A stretch of 64,000 nt of DNA from Candidatus Zixiibacteriota bacterium (GCA_050117845.1 JASFLY010000005.1:32001-96000); one strand, 5' to 3'; shown: positions 18,556 to 28,678, numbered from the stretch's first letter. Notes: a model not told the origin generated them from the letters alone. Numbers and translations: made by a program.

Positions 18556-19998
18556 TTAGATTTTAGTATATACCAGCAGGTTGTATACCAGCGCTTGGAG
18601 TACGTTTAAGCCGAGGACCAGCGCGGCCTCTTTGAAGCTGCCCCGGGCCCGCCGGGCGAGTTCCCGTCCCGCCGCAAACGCGAAAAACGGGACCAGGAAT
18701 AACCATATCCTTTCGACTTCCCCCAGTATTAAACCCGAGAAATTATAAGCTAAGAATACGACGGCGAAGCCTATCGTTACGGCTCCGTAGAACGACCTTC
18801 GAACCTCCGGCCTCGTGACCGCCCGGCATAAAGCTCGGACGTACAGTATCGCCGTGGGGACGCCCATGAATAAAAACATTGCGTACAGGTTCCCGAAGGT
18901 ATAAATCCAGTACGAACGGTGCCCCGGCCCCGGCGCTTCGGCCATACCCAGGCCGAGTTTTCGGGCGGCGAATTTAAAGACGTTATCGCCGGCCGAGTAA
19001 AACTCCTGGTTCATGCGGTACGCTTTTTCGAAGACCGCTATGTGATCGTATCCCGTAATAATTTGGAATACGGCAAGAGCGCCGGCCGCGGCCGCGAAAA
19101 CGGTCAAGCCGCAAGCTATCGACCGGCCCCACCCCCGGCCGCTCAACGCCGCCGCGATCGCGAACATTATTATTAGCGGTATAAATACCGCTTGAACGTA
19201 CGAGGTACTAAGGGCGAACGCAAGAGCGACGCCGGCCCCGGCCGCCCAGCCCCACGGCCGGTGGGACGTAAAGGCTTTAATGGTAGCGACCAGAACCGCA
19301 ACCGCAACGAGGCAGTAGAAACCGTCGACCTCGGGGCCGAAAATAAGTAGGGTGGGGGCGACGGCGAACAGCGCGGCGGCCCAGGGGGCCTTTTCGTTTC
19401 CGAGTAAGGCCCGGCCGCCGTAGTATAGAACCGGGACCGCGACGGCGGCGGCAAATATAAAGAAGAACGAGATGGCGTAAATATTCCCGTCGAAAACGCG
19501 GTCCAGGCCTCCTATCAACCAATACGTTACGCCCGGCCTGGTTCGGCATTTACTGAATACGTCCTTCGCTAGGCCGGCGTAATCGGCGAAGACGTCGGGC
19601 AGCCGGTAGATGTACCGGGCGTCGTCCAGGAAAAGCCTGAGCCAGTTGAACGGCAGGTCCCGGCCGTACCCGGGCGCCAGGTCGACGCCCGCGATCCCGA
19701 GCAGCGCCCCGGTTCCCATGATCCACGGCTTGCGCCGCCGTGCCCCCAGGAATATCAGGTACAGCGCGGCCCCGCCGGCCGCGACGGCGAGTGCGGCCCA
19801 CGGGGAGAGGATCGGGTCCCAATAGGCGAATAGGGGATTAAGCCAAATATCGCCGGCGTAGCTCGAGCGGACGACGAAGAGCGAGACACACGTGGCGAGT
19901 ACTATTGCGGCGTAACCGGCGGCGGTTTGCACGTAGAAGTTGCCGACCAGGCGTCGCCACGCCGTTTTGCCCTCGTCTTCTGGAAGTTCCGGGACCAT
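18556..19998 (-). CDS. Polytopic membrane protein, GT-C (PMT/ArnT-like) glycosyltransferase-like
   Basis: Many TM helices, GEVERIWLFLVP; paralog of the next gene. Confidence 0.6.
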   Translation of the reverse strand: MVPELPEDEGKTAWRRLVGNFYVQTAAGYAAIVLATCVSLFVVRSSYAGDIWLNPLFAYWDPILSPWAALAVAAGGAALYLIFLGARRRKPWIMGTGALLGIAGVDLAPGYGRDLPFNWLRLFLDDARYIYRLPDVFADYAGLAKDVFSKCRTRPGVTYWLIGGLDRVFDGNIYAISFFFIFAAAVAVPVLYYGGRALLGNEKAPWAAALFAVAPTLLIFGPEVDGFYCLVAVAVLVATIKAFTSHRPWGWAAGAGVALAFALSTSYVQAVFIPLIIMFAIAAALSGRGWGRSIACGLTVFAAAAGALAVFQIITGYDHIAVFEKAYRMNQEFYSAGDNVFKFAARKLGLGMAEAPGPGHRSYWIYTFGNLYAMFLFMGVPTAILYVRALCRAVTRPEVRRSFYGAVTIGFAVVFLAYNFSGLILGEVERIWLFLVPFFAFAAGRELARRARGSFKEAALVLGLNVLQALVYNLLVYTKI

Positions 19999-20046
19999 GT
20001 ATCTTCGGGGGGTGGTATCGCTTCGCCGGGGAGCGGCGATTATGGT

Positions 20047-21498
20047 TTAAAAGCCGGTCAGCATCAACGCGTTGTAAATAAAGGCCTGGGCCGCGGCGAG
20101 GCTTACGGCGATTGTGAGAACCTTCCGGCCGCCCGGCCCGCGGGCGATACGGAATAATTGGACGCCGGCGGGAATCAGGAAAACGGGGACCAGGAATAGC
20201 CAGACCCTTTCGACCTCCCCGAGAAGCAATCCCGAGAAGTTATACGCGAGGAATACCACAAGGGAAATTATTACGCTCAACCCGTAAAAAGAGCGGCGCG
20301 TGTCGCGGCCGGCGAGTACGCGGAATACTTCCCGTGTGTACAATACCGCTGCCGGGACGCCCATGGTTAAAAGGAAGGCGTACAGGTTGCCGACGACGAA
20401 GACCCCGTAAGGCCTACTGCCGGGTATCGGAACGCTCACGCCCGATAAACCGAGCGCTCTCCCCGCCATCTTGAACAGGTTGTCCCCTCCCGACGGTAGG
20501 TCCTGGGCTGCCCGATAGGCGCGTGCGAATACGCCGAGGTGGTCGTAGCCGGTTACGATTTGGAATAATAGGAGCGCGACGCCGGCCGTGAGTATCACCA
20601 GGGCCCACGCGGCGGCCGAGCGACCCCACCCCCGGCCCGATAGGGCGGCGGCGGCCGCGAATCCCGCAAGGAAGACGGCGAGTACCGTTAGCGCGAACGA
20701 CGACGTGAGCGCCGCGGCCAGGACGGCGCCGGCCCCCAGGGCCCAGGGCCAGGGCCGCGCCGACGACGCCGCGCGCAGGCCCAGGGAGAATACGCCGGCG
20801 GCGAGGAAACAATAAAGGCCGTCGGGGCCGCTCCCGAAAATGAGAAGCGACGGCGCGCAAGCGAACAACGCCGCCGCGACTATGCTTTCTTCCCGGGACG
20901 CCAGCGCCCGGGTCATTCGGTAAACCAGCGGGACGCTCGCGGCCGCGATTAAGACGATTAGCACTTCCAGCAGGTAAGTATTGCCGCCGAACAGGCGGTC
21001 ACAGGTCCCCAGAAACCAGTAGAGGCCCCCGGGCCTCACGCGGCAATGACAGCTTACGGTCCGCGTTATTTCGGCGTAGTCGGCGAAGACGTTCGGCGCC
21101 TGGAATAATATCCTGGCGTCGAAGACGGCGCGCTCGAGCCAATCGAAGGGGAATTTGCGGCCGCCGCCCGGGGCGGCGTTTACCGCCGCAATGCCGACGG
21201 CGGCCGAAAGCCACAGCGGCCAAACCTTGCCGGCCCTAACGCTCCACAGGGTCAGGGCCACCGCGGCCGCCAGGGCGACGGCCGCCACGGCCAGCCACGG
21301 CGTTATCCTCGGGTCCCAGTAGGCGTGGAGCGGCGTCAGCCATATCCTCCCCTCGTAATGGGAACGGAAGGGAAACGCTCGCAGGTACGTCGCGACCGCC
21401 ACGATGCCGTACGCCGCGACGAGCTGGGCGTAGAAGTTCCCGGCAATGCGGCGCCAGCGCGGCGTCGGGGAAGGTAGTCGTTCGGCCGTTGGTCCCAT
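20047..21498 (-). CDS. Polytopic membrane protein, GT-C glycosyltransferase-like (tandem paralog)
   Basis: GNFY.Q, IWL.PL.AYWDP, GNLYA, GEVERVWLFLVP shared with 18556-19998. Confidence 0.6.
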   Translation of the reverse strand: MGPTAERLPSPTPRWRRIAGNFYAQLVAAYGIVAVATYLRAFPFRSHYEGRIWLTPLHAYWDPRITPWLAVAAVALAAAVALTLWSVRAGKVWPLWLSAAVGIAAVNAAPGGGRKFPFDWLERAVFDARILFQAPNVFADYAEITRTVSCHCRVRPGGLYWFLGTCDRLFGGNTYLLEVLIVLIAAASVPLVYRMTRALASREESIVAAALFACAPSLLIFGSGPDGLYCFLAAGVFSLGLRAASSARPWPWALGAGAVLAAALTSSFALTVLAVFLAGFAAAAALSGRGWGRSAAAWALVILTAGVALLLFQIVTGYDHLGVFARAYRAAQDLPSGGDNLFKMAGRALGLSGVSVPIPGSRPYGVFVVGNLYAFLLTMGVPAAVLYTREVFRVLAGRDTRRSFYGLSVIISLVVFLAYNFSGLLLGEVERVWLFLVPVFLIPAGVQLFRIARGPGGRKVLTIAVSLAAAQAFIYNALMLTGF

Positions 21499-21601
21499 AC
21501 GCGAAAATATAATAGCGCCGGCCGGGAAAGGCAAACAAAAAACCCCGGGCCGGAGCCGCGGGGCTTTTCGTTGGGGAATGGGGGGGGTACTCGTACCGGG
21601 A

Positions 21602-22375
21602 CTACTGTTCGCGGGCCAGCAAGGCCGCGCCGAAGGCCCCGACGAGTTGGGGCTGGGGGAGGGAACCTATCTCCCGTCCCAGCGCCATCGACAACGCCCG
21701 GGCGAAGCCGGCGTTCAGCGCCACGCCGCCCGACAGGACGTATCGCTCGCCGCCCGCGCGCCGGGCCATGGCGGCGATACGGTCGGCCACGGACAACAGG
21801 AGACCCGCGCCGATAGCGGCCGGAGGGACGCCCTCGTGCAGGTAACCGATGACCTCGGACTCGGCGAAGACCGTGCACATATTGTTTACCTTCGCCGCGT
21901 CGGGCCTGGCCGGGTCTACCTCCGCCAACTCCGCCAGGTCCATCTCGAGCGCCCGGGCCATTATCTCGAGGAAGCGGCCGGTCCCGGCGGCGCAGCGGTC
22001 GTTCATGACGAACTCGCCCACCTTGCCGTCGTCGCCGACGCGGATGGCCTTGACGTCCTGGCCGCCGACGTCGATCACCGTTACGCCCGCGCCCACGTGT
22101 TCGAACGCGCCCCGCGCGTGGCACATTATCTCGGTCACCGCCCGGTCCGCGAAGGGGACGCGCGCCCGGCCGTATCCCGTGCCGACCACGGCTTTAACCT
22201 CGCCGTTACTCAGGCCCAGGCTGGACAGCGCCCGGCGGAAGGCCTGCCGGGCGGCCTCGGCGCCGGCCACGCCGGTGGGGAGGACCGCCGTGGCGGCGGC
22301 CCTCCCGTCGCCGTTCACCACGACGCATTTGGTCGCGAGCGAACCGACGTCTACTCCCGCGTAATATCCAGGCAT
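21602..22375 (-). CDS. ASKHA ATPase activator (HgdC / DCCP-R type)
   Basis: GVDVGS, TGYGR, TEI.CHARGA, IDVGGQD, MNDRCAAGTGRFLE, CTVFAESE. Confidence 0.92.
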   Translation of the reverse strand: MPGYYAGVDVGSLATKCVVVNGDGRAAATAVLPTGVAGAEAARQAFRRALSSLGLSNGEVKAVVGTGYGRARVPFADRAVTEIMCHARGAFEHVGAGVTVIDVGGQDVKAIRVGDDGKVGEFVMNDRCAAGTGRFLEIMARALEMDLAELAEVDPARPDAAKVNNMCTVFAESEVIGYLHEGVPPAAIGAGLLLSVADRIAAMARRAGGERYVLSGGVALNAGFARALSMALGREIGSLPQPQLVGAFGAALLAREQ

Positions 22376-22378
22376 TGT

Positions 22379-23656
22379 TTACGAACTCACTTGCTCTATG
22401 AACGCATCGATACGGGTTTTGAGCTGGCCCATGTCGCCCTCGGCGTAGTCCGTCTCCACCGGGATAAGGGGGATACTATTTTTGTCGGCGAACTTCTTAA
22501 CGTTCCCCTGTTCCACCAGGTACGGCGTGCAGAAGGACAGCGTGGCGTGGATTATGCCCTGGGCGCCGGAGTTCTTATATAAATAAGAGATGTCGTCGAG
22601 GCGGGGTTCGTTGGGCGTGAAGCAGGCGCAGTTGATTCCCATGTAGTGGTCTATGAGCGCTTCCTTCATCTCTTCCAACGTCTGCGCGCCCTCGTCCACG
22701 GTGCCCTTGTAATACCGGAAGCCGGTGCACATCTCCTCGGCCACGACGGCGGCGCCCGAGGTCTCCGTTATCTGGTGCAGCTTCCAGTTGGGGACCGCCA
22801 TCGGCGTGCCGGATATCATCAGGCGGGGAGTCCCCTTGGGGAATACGCCCTCGCCGGCCGCGACGCGTTTCTCCAGTTCGTCCGCGACGGCGTTGGTCGA
22901 TTGCGTGAAGCGCTCGACGTCGTCGTAGAAGGAGACCTGCATTATAAGGAGCGCGTCCTTGCCCGAGATGGGCGTCGGGTCCCTCCAGCGGAGCTCATGG
23001 ACCCTTTTTATGGCGTGGCGTTTCGCGTTTATCTTCTTCGTCGCCTCGGCCAGGTTCTCCGCGGTGAGTTTTTTGCCGGTCGTTTCTTCCATCGCGGCGA
23101 TGAACGCGTCGAGTTCGGCCCGCCAGAGGTCCCGGTCGGCCGGGTCCTTTTTATTGGGGACCTCCATCACGTAGACCGGGTGGATGTCGCCGAGCAGTTC
23201 GTACGCCTTCTTCTTGCCGTCGCACGTCGTTTCTCCGACAACGACGTCGGCCGCCTCGAAGTACGGGCATATTTTACCCAGCTTGAAACCGTAGAATGAT
23301 TTAATAAGGGGGCAGAGGTTGCGAGGCAGTTCGGTCTCGGCGATGGGCACCGAGAAATCGGCCCCGGCGCAGAGGCCCACGGCGATGCCGTCCAGCGCCA
23401 CGACGACTTCCTCGGGGACGAAGAGGCAGAACGTGCCGACGACCTTTCCGCCTTTTTCCTTGTGGTCCAGGAGTTCCTTGATGCGCAGGCCGTGGACTTC
23501 GGACATGACGAAGTCGAAGTATTGCATCGATTCCGGCCGGTTTTTTTGCTCGACGAACATCTTGACGTAGAATTCTCCCAGGGCCCCCAACAATACGTCG
23601 TGGTTTTCCATGTTAAGGCCGAGGCCTTCCCACATCGGTCTCCAGTTTTCCGCCAT
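22379..23656 (-). CDS. Double-cubane-cluster protein (DCCP)-like reductase, 2-hydroxyacyl-CoA dehydratase family
   Basis: MW..LGL....HD, YFDFV.SEVHG.R, GTFC.FVPEE, GLCAG, RNLCPLIKS, CPYF, ETTCDGKKK, EE.CTG.RY, CACFTPN, FC.PY. Confidence 0.85.
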   Translation of the reverse strand: MAENWRPMWEGLGLNMENHDVLLGALGEFYVKMFVEQKNRPESMQYFDFVMSEVHGLRIKELLDHKEKGGKVVGTFCLFVPEEVVVALDGIAVGLCAGADFSVPIAETELPRNLCPLIKSFYGFKLGKICPYFEAADVVVGETTCDGKKKAYELLGDIHPVYVMEVPNKKDPADRDLWRAELDAFIAAMEETTGKKLTAENLAEATKKINAKRHAIKRVHELRWRDPTPISGKDALLIMQVSFYDDVERFTQSTNAVADELEKRVAAGEGVFPKGTPRLMISGTPMAVPNWKLHQITETSGAAVVAEEMCTGFRYYKGTVDEGAQTLEEMKEALIDHYMGINCACFTPNEPRLDDISYLYKNSGAQGIIHATLSFCTPYLVEQGNVKKFADKNSIPLIPVETDYAEGDMGQLKTRIDAFIEQVSS

Positions 23657-23678
23657 CGGGACGTCCTCCTACGGAATG

Positions 23679-23713
23679 AAAAAGCGCCGTTCCTCGTTTC
23701 CAGGAGGCGGCGC
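23679..23713 (-). terminator. Terminator-like hairpin in the DCCP leader, just before the RBS
   Basis: Minus strand GCGCCG-CCTC-ctggaaac-GAGG-aa-CGGCGC-TTTTT. Confidence 0.5.
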
Positions 23714-23905
23714 CGGGTATCCACGGCCTACGACGGAGCCGGTTCGTCCGTCAAGACGGCGTTAGAACGAACCCACGCGTCGCCCCTGCGTTATTTTTTT
23801 TATCGGACCCGAACCGGGCCGGTATGCGCGGTTCGCGCGCCGAACATCAGGTTTTCCGGAACGCGTGGATTTGCACTATCATTACTCCTTTCGGCAGGTT
23901 CCGAA

Positions 23906-23934
23906 ATTCTAAATGACCGGGGCGTCTTTGTCAA
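23906..23934 (-). promoter_or_regulatory. Sigma70 promoter of the DCCP operon
   Basis: TTGACA-17-TAGAAT on the minus strand. Confidence 0.7.
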
Positions 23935-24108
23935 CCCGAAACGCTTCCTTTTGCATGGGGGTAGAGGTTTGGGGGATTCGCCGGCTTCGGCCTCCGGGAC
24001 GCCGTCAGAATCACCCTATTGATAAAAGAATATTGCGGCCGCGCCCGAAGGTACGGCCCTACTGCGGTGTTTTCCGCGGCCGGCGCGGCGCGGCGCGGGC
24101 CTTTTCTA

Positions 24109-24137
24109 TTGACAAGGGCCGTGTCGGATTATAGAAT
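24109..24137 (+). promoter_or_regulatory. Sigma70 promoter of paralog 1
   Basis: TTGACA-17-TAGAAT. Confidence 0.7.
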
Positions 24138-24193
24138 TAAAAAGATAAAGGATACGAAATTACGGCGTTAACTTAATAGAAGGAGCCGGGAAT

Positions 24194-24820
24194 ATGAAAA
24201 CCTTCGCGGTATCTTTGCTGTGTCTGGCGGCCGCCGGCGCCGCTTTCGGCGCTACCGCAATCGTCGGCAGCAGTAATACGGATGCGTATTACCCGTTCCG
24301 TGGATGTTGAGGGGTCGACGCCTGCCGGAGCCAGGATCTGGTTCTGACGTCGGATAAAGTCCCGCCGGGAACGATAAGCAAAATCGAGTGGTACTCTAAC
24401 AGCGATACGGAGGGCGGAGACTATTACAGCTTCAAAATAAAGCTGTGCAACACGCCGCGGACGTCCCTCGTGGCGAACTTCGCCAATAACTACGGCGGCA
24501 ATACGCCGGTGGAAGTATACAGCAAAGTATCGCAAACCCTTAACGTAACGCCCTATTCGTGGTTCGGCTTCGAGTTCGGGACCAACTTCAACTACTCCCG
24601 CACGCAGAATCTCCTGGTCGAGGTCGTCTGGAACGGCGATTCCGACGGCCACGTTTACAATTACTGGGCCCCGACCAGCGCGAACCGGTGTGTTTATAAT
24701 ACGAACGGCGGTACGCCGGTCGCGAATAAATTCGTTCATTATATGCGAATCACGATAGCGCCCAGCAACCCCGCCGTCGCGCCGACGTCGCTGGGGCGGG
24801 TCAAGGCGCTGTTTGATTAA
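24194..24820 (+). CDS. Secreted candidate selenoprotein, paralog 1 (208 aa; Sec TGA 24308-24310, PFRGC-U-G)
   Basis: AAGGAG RBS, signal peptide, single in-frame TGA then an open frame homologous to the paralogs; hairpin 24326-24346; C-terminus AVAPTSLGRVKALFD. Confidence 0.85.
24326..24346 (+). promoter_or_regulatory. SECIS-like hairpin
   Basis: CGGAGCCAG-GAT-CTGGTTCTG, 9-bp stem 15 nt after the TGA. Confidence 0.7.
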
Positions 24821-24839
24821 CTGAACCAACGCGATTCCG

Positions 24840-24866
24840 AGCCGGCCTTCGGGCCGGCTTTTTTTT
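24840..24866 (+). terminator. Intrinsic terminator
   Basis: AGCCGGCC-TTCG-GGCCGGCT then T-tract. Confidence 0.85.
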
Positions 24867-25027
24867 AGGGTGACGGTTGCCCCCCGGGACGCTTGGCGCC
24901 TACTATATCTAACACAATTGCTAAGATATGGATAATAATCTTGACGTAATCGCTGTCAGATATTAATATATCTCGTGTAGGATTGAGTTTCCAACTCGAA
25001 CTTGAGGGAATTAGAGGAGGCAAAATC

Positions 25028-25648
25028 ATGAAGGGAGCAGCGGTTATCGTGGTATGCGCGTTAGCCGTCGCCGGGGCCTTCGCCGACACGATCATCGTCG
25101 GCGGCACGTCGACGTACAGCGCGTACCCGTTCCGGGGATGTTGAAGCGTCGATTCCGTACGGAGCCAGGGTCTGGTTCTGTCGAGCGATACGGTTCCCGC
25201 CGGCGAGATTAAGAAGTGGGAATGGTACACCTATGTTAGTTCGTCCGGGACGTACTACAATTTTTCGTTGAAATGCTGCCACACTACGGCCGCCACCCTC
25301 GTGAACGATTTCAACACGAACTACGGGGGTAATACGCCGGTTACGGTGTACGGCCCGACGTCGGCCTACGTCCACGGGACGGAGAACACCTGGTTCGGCT
25401 TCGACTTCACGACGCCGTTCTACTACAACGGTTCGGACAACCTCATCATGGAAGTAGACTGGAACACCGACACCGGCGGATACGCGTATATCCGCGCGGA
25501 CAGCGTGGCGGGGCGCTTCGTGTACTCGTCGAACGGCGGTAGCCCGCACCCCGGAGACTACTTCCATTATCAACGGATAACCATTACGACCGGCGGCGCG
25601 GCCGTAGCGCCGACGTCGCTCGGCCGCGTTAGAGCGATGTTCAACTAA
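25028..25648 (+). CDS. Secreted candidate selenoprotein, paralog 2 (206 aa; TGA 25142-25144, PFRGC-U-S)
   Basis: GAGGAGG RBS, signal peptide, in-frame TGA; hairpin ACGGAGCCAG-GGT-CTGGTTCTGT 25159-25181; own promoter TTGACG-17-TAATAT 24941-24969. Confidence 0.85.
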
Positions 25649-25670
25649 GTCTTACGAATAAGCATTCGAT

Positions 25671-25695
25671 GGCCGGCCTTCGGGCCGGCTTTTTT
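25671..25695 (+). terminator. Intrinsic terminator
   Basis: GCCGGCC-TTCG-GGCCGGC-T6. Confidence 0.85.
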
Positions 25696-25781
25696 CGCGC
25701 CGAATCTTGACACCGTTTATCATATTTAGTAAAATTGAAGTGTACGCGTTCCGTTAATACGATGGGTCGGAAAGGAGGCCC

Positions 25782-26411
25782 GTGAAGATTATCAAGGTAC
25801 TAATCCCGTTGATCGCGTGCGCGGCGACGATGGCGTCGGCCGATTACGTCGTGATCGGCAAGCGGACGACGATGTGTTCCTTCCCGTTCTACGGTTGCTG
25901 AAACACCCAAACCGTACGGTGCCAGGAATTGGTGCTGCAAAGCGAAGGCCTTATCGCGGGGACTATAACAAGGTGGGAGTGGTACGTGAGTTCGCTCGTT
26001 ACCGCCGGGTATATGAAGGAATTCACGCTCACCATGTCCCATACGGGCGTGGAGGAGATGGCCCCGGATTTCGAAACCAATTACGGCGGGTTCGAGCCCG
26101 CCGTCGTGTACTCGGATCCCCGGCAACTCATCGCCGCGGAGCCGTACCGCTGGATGGGTTTCGACCTCGACCAGCCTTTCGAGTACAACGGTACCGACAA
26201 CCTCATCATCGAGGTATATTGGAAAGGCCGCGACGGGGGGCCGAGCGCCGTGACCTATTGGGGCGAGAAGCCGGGAAGGATTTGCATGTACGCGGGTCCG
26301 GTGGAATGCGACCCGGCCGTCTTCAATTTCCAGCATAATATGCGGGCCACGGTAACGCCGACCGCCGTCTCGCCCACGTCGCTGGGCCGCGTCAAGGCGA
26401 TATTCGAGTAA
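25782..26411 (+). CDS. Secreted candidate selenoprotein, paralog 3 (209 aa; TGA 25899-25901, PFYGC-U-N)
   Basis: AAGGAGG RBS + GTG; hairpin CGGTGCCAG-GAA-TTGGTGCTG 25917-25937; promoter TTGACA-17-TAAAAT 25707-25735. Confidence 0.83.
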
Positions 26412-26528
26412 CGGCGTATGGCGCGTTGGAGGACGGACCCCGGGGCCGGCCTCGGCCCGCCGGCGATAAACTTGACAAGTTAAACCCCATCTAGTACCAT
26501 AATAGGGAAAGGAGGTGTGACGGCGCTA

Positions 26529-27167
26529 ATGAATAAAATCGGAGCACTGGTTGTAGCATCGGCCTTGCTGGCGTGCGCGATTTCGGCCTCGGCCGAATAC
26601 GTCGTCGTCGGCAAGCGTACGTACATGCATAGCTTCCCCTTCTTCGGGTGTTGAAACACGCACACCGTCAGGAGCCAGGATCTGGTTCTGAAAGAGGAAG
26701 GCCTGATGGCCGGCACCGTAATGCGTTGGGAATGGTACGCCAGCTCGATAGTGTTGAAAGGCTACCTGGACGATTTCAAGCTCACGGTATGCCAGACGGG
26801 TAAGGACAAGCTCGTCGCGGACTTCGAGGCCAATTACGACGGCCGTACGCCTCGTAAGGTATACGAATGCGACTCCCAGTACACCGGGGGCGCCGTCGCC
26901 TATACCTGGTGGGGTTTCGACTTCGATCCGCCGTTTCAATACGACGGCGACGATAATCTGATAATCGAGGTCTTTTGGTTGGAACGGTCGGGCGAACCCG
27001 GCGTCGTAACCTACTGGACGCCGCTCGAAGGGCGTTGCTGTATGTACGCCGGCCCGGTTCCTTGCGACCCGGCGATATTCGATTATCTCCATTTTATGAG
27101 GATAACGATCTCGCCGACCGCGGTAGCGCCGACGTCGATAGGACGCGTTAAGGCTCTTTACCGTTAA
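26529..27167 (+). CDS. Secreted candidate selenoprotein, paralog 4 (212 aa; TGA 26652-26654, PFFGC-U-N)
   Basis: Signal peptide; hairpin GGAGCCAG-GAT-CTGGTTCT 26671-26689; promoter TTGACA-17-TACCAT 26472-26500. Confidence 0.83.
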
Positions 27168-27183
27168 CGGGGGAAACGTGGCC

Positions 27184-27846
27184 ATGCGGAATAGGAACGT
27201 GCGAGCTTTACTATTAATAATGTTATTCGCGGCCGCGGCCGCCGGCGCCGAAGAGTTCCTTATCGGCGACGAGGCCGAGCGCTGTTACGAACCGTATTAC
27301 GGGGGCGGCGGGTACGAAGCCGTGCGGCTCATGGAGGTCATCCGCGTGACCGACGGCCTGGTCGCCGGCGAAATAACCCGTTGGGAATGGTTCGGCGCGG
27401 AATTGGATGATCCGACGGGCGAGTTCGACAACTTTCGCGTTCGCCTTTGCCACACGTCCCGCGCCGAACTAACCCCCCCCTACAACGCTAATTTCGAAGG
27501 GCGGACGCCGACGGTGGTGTACAGCGCCAACCCCGTTACGGTGAAGATGCCGGTCCGCAAATGGTTCGGCTTCGACCTGGATCCGACCTTCCACTACAAC
27601 GGAACCAACAACCTTATCGTCGAGGTGTGGTGGGAGGGCGACGATAACGGCGGCGGCCGCGTCTTCGCGGCGTACGTCGTGGAGCAACTGCGCTGCCTTA
27701 TATCCTCGATAAAAAACGGCGTTCCCCAGGACGGGTACCCCGACGAGGGTTCGCAGTTCTATTGGCTCCACTATATGCGCGTGACGCTGTCGCCGGACGC
27801 CGTGGCGCCGACGTCGATAGGGCGCGTAAAGGCGATGTATCGTTAA
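27184..27846 (+). CDS. Secreted paralog 5, no Sec (PYYGGGG at the equivalent position)
   Basis: Uninterrupted ORF homologous to paralogs 1-4 (RWEW, LCHT, FHYNG.NNLIVEVWW); C-terminus AVAPTSIGRVKAMYR. Confidence 0.88.
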   Translation: MRNRNVRALLLIMLFAAAAAGAEEFLIGDEAERCYEPYYGGGGYEAVRLMEVIRVTDGLVAGEITRWEWFGAELDDPTGEFDNFRVRLCHTSRAELTPPYNANFEGRTPTVVYSANPVTVKMPVRKWFGFDLDPTFHYNGTNNLIVEVWWEGDDNGGGRVFAAYVVEQLRCLISSIKNGVPQDGYPDEGSQFYWLHYMRVTLSPDAVAPTSIGRVKAMYR

Positions 27847-28027
27847 ACGAGCCGGGGCGTCGCCGATACGATTTGACTTAAGTGGTTTTTTTTTCTAAAA
27901 TTAGGGTAGGGAATAGTACAAAGAACGTAAACTTTCACCGCGCCGGCTCGGCCCCGTTCAACCGGCTTTGCGCCGGGTGACCCCGGCCCGTCGTTCGCGG
28001 GCCGTTTGCGAGCGGAGAGGTGGTTTT

Positions 28028-28678
28028 ATGAAGCGCGCCTTGGTAATCGCCGTCCTGGCAATTCTCGCGGCGGGCGCCGCGGCCGAAACGACGTTCATCG
28101 TCGGCGGCAAAAGTATAGTTAACGAAACGCCGTTCTTCGGGCGGTCGGGACTGGACGCCGTTCGGTGGCAACAACTCGTCGTCCCGAGCGACGGCGTGGC
28201 CGAGGGCGACTTGCGCCGTTGGGAATGGCACTCCAGCGGCGGCGGAACGCCCGGTGACTTCCAGCAATTCAAGGTCCAGTTCCTCGAGGTGGACCGCTCC
28301 GGCCTAACCCTTCCCTTCAATAGCAATTACGAAAATCAAACGCCGGTGGTAATCGCGTCCGGCGACCCCTTCGTCCTCGACGCCCCCGACGCCGGTTGGT
28401 TCGGCTTCGACATCACGCCCTCCTTCAATTATACCGGCCGGAGCCTCCTGGTCGAGGTCTGGTGGTCCGGCGATAGCGAGGGCGGTACCCAGTGCTACTC
28501 CAAGAACGCGACGCGCGAAAGCCGTTGCGTCTATGCGTGTATCCGCAACAGCGTGAACGTTAACGGTTATCCCAACCAGGGGAAAATATACAACTGGCTG
28601 CACTATATGCGCTTCACGGTTTCCCCCATAGCCGTGGAGCCGACGTCTCTGGGCCGCGTCCGGGCGCTCTACCGTTAG
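28028..28678 (+). CDS. Secreted paralog 6, no Sec (PFFGRSG)
   Basis: GAGGTG RBS + ATG 28028; same domain; promoter TTGACT-17-TAAAAT 27873-27901; C-terminus AVEPTSLGRVRALYR. Confidence 0.88.
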   Translation: MKRALVIAVLAILAAGAAAETTFIVGGKSIVNETPFFGRSGLDAVRWQQLVVPSDGVAEGDLRRWEWHSSGGGTPGDFQQFKVQFLEVDRSGLTLPFNSNYENQTPVVIASGDPFVLDAPDAGWFGFDITPSFNYTGRSLLVEVWWSGDSEGGTQCYSKNATRESRCVYACIRNSVNVNGYPNQGKIYNWLHYMRFTVSPIAVEPTSLGRVRALYR

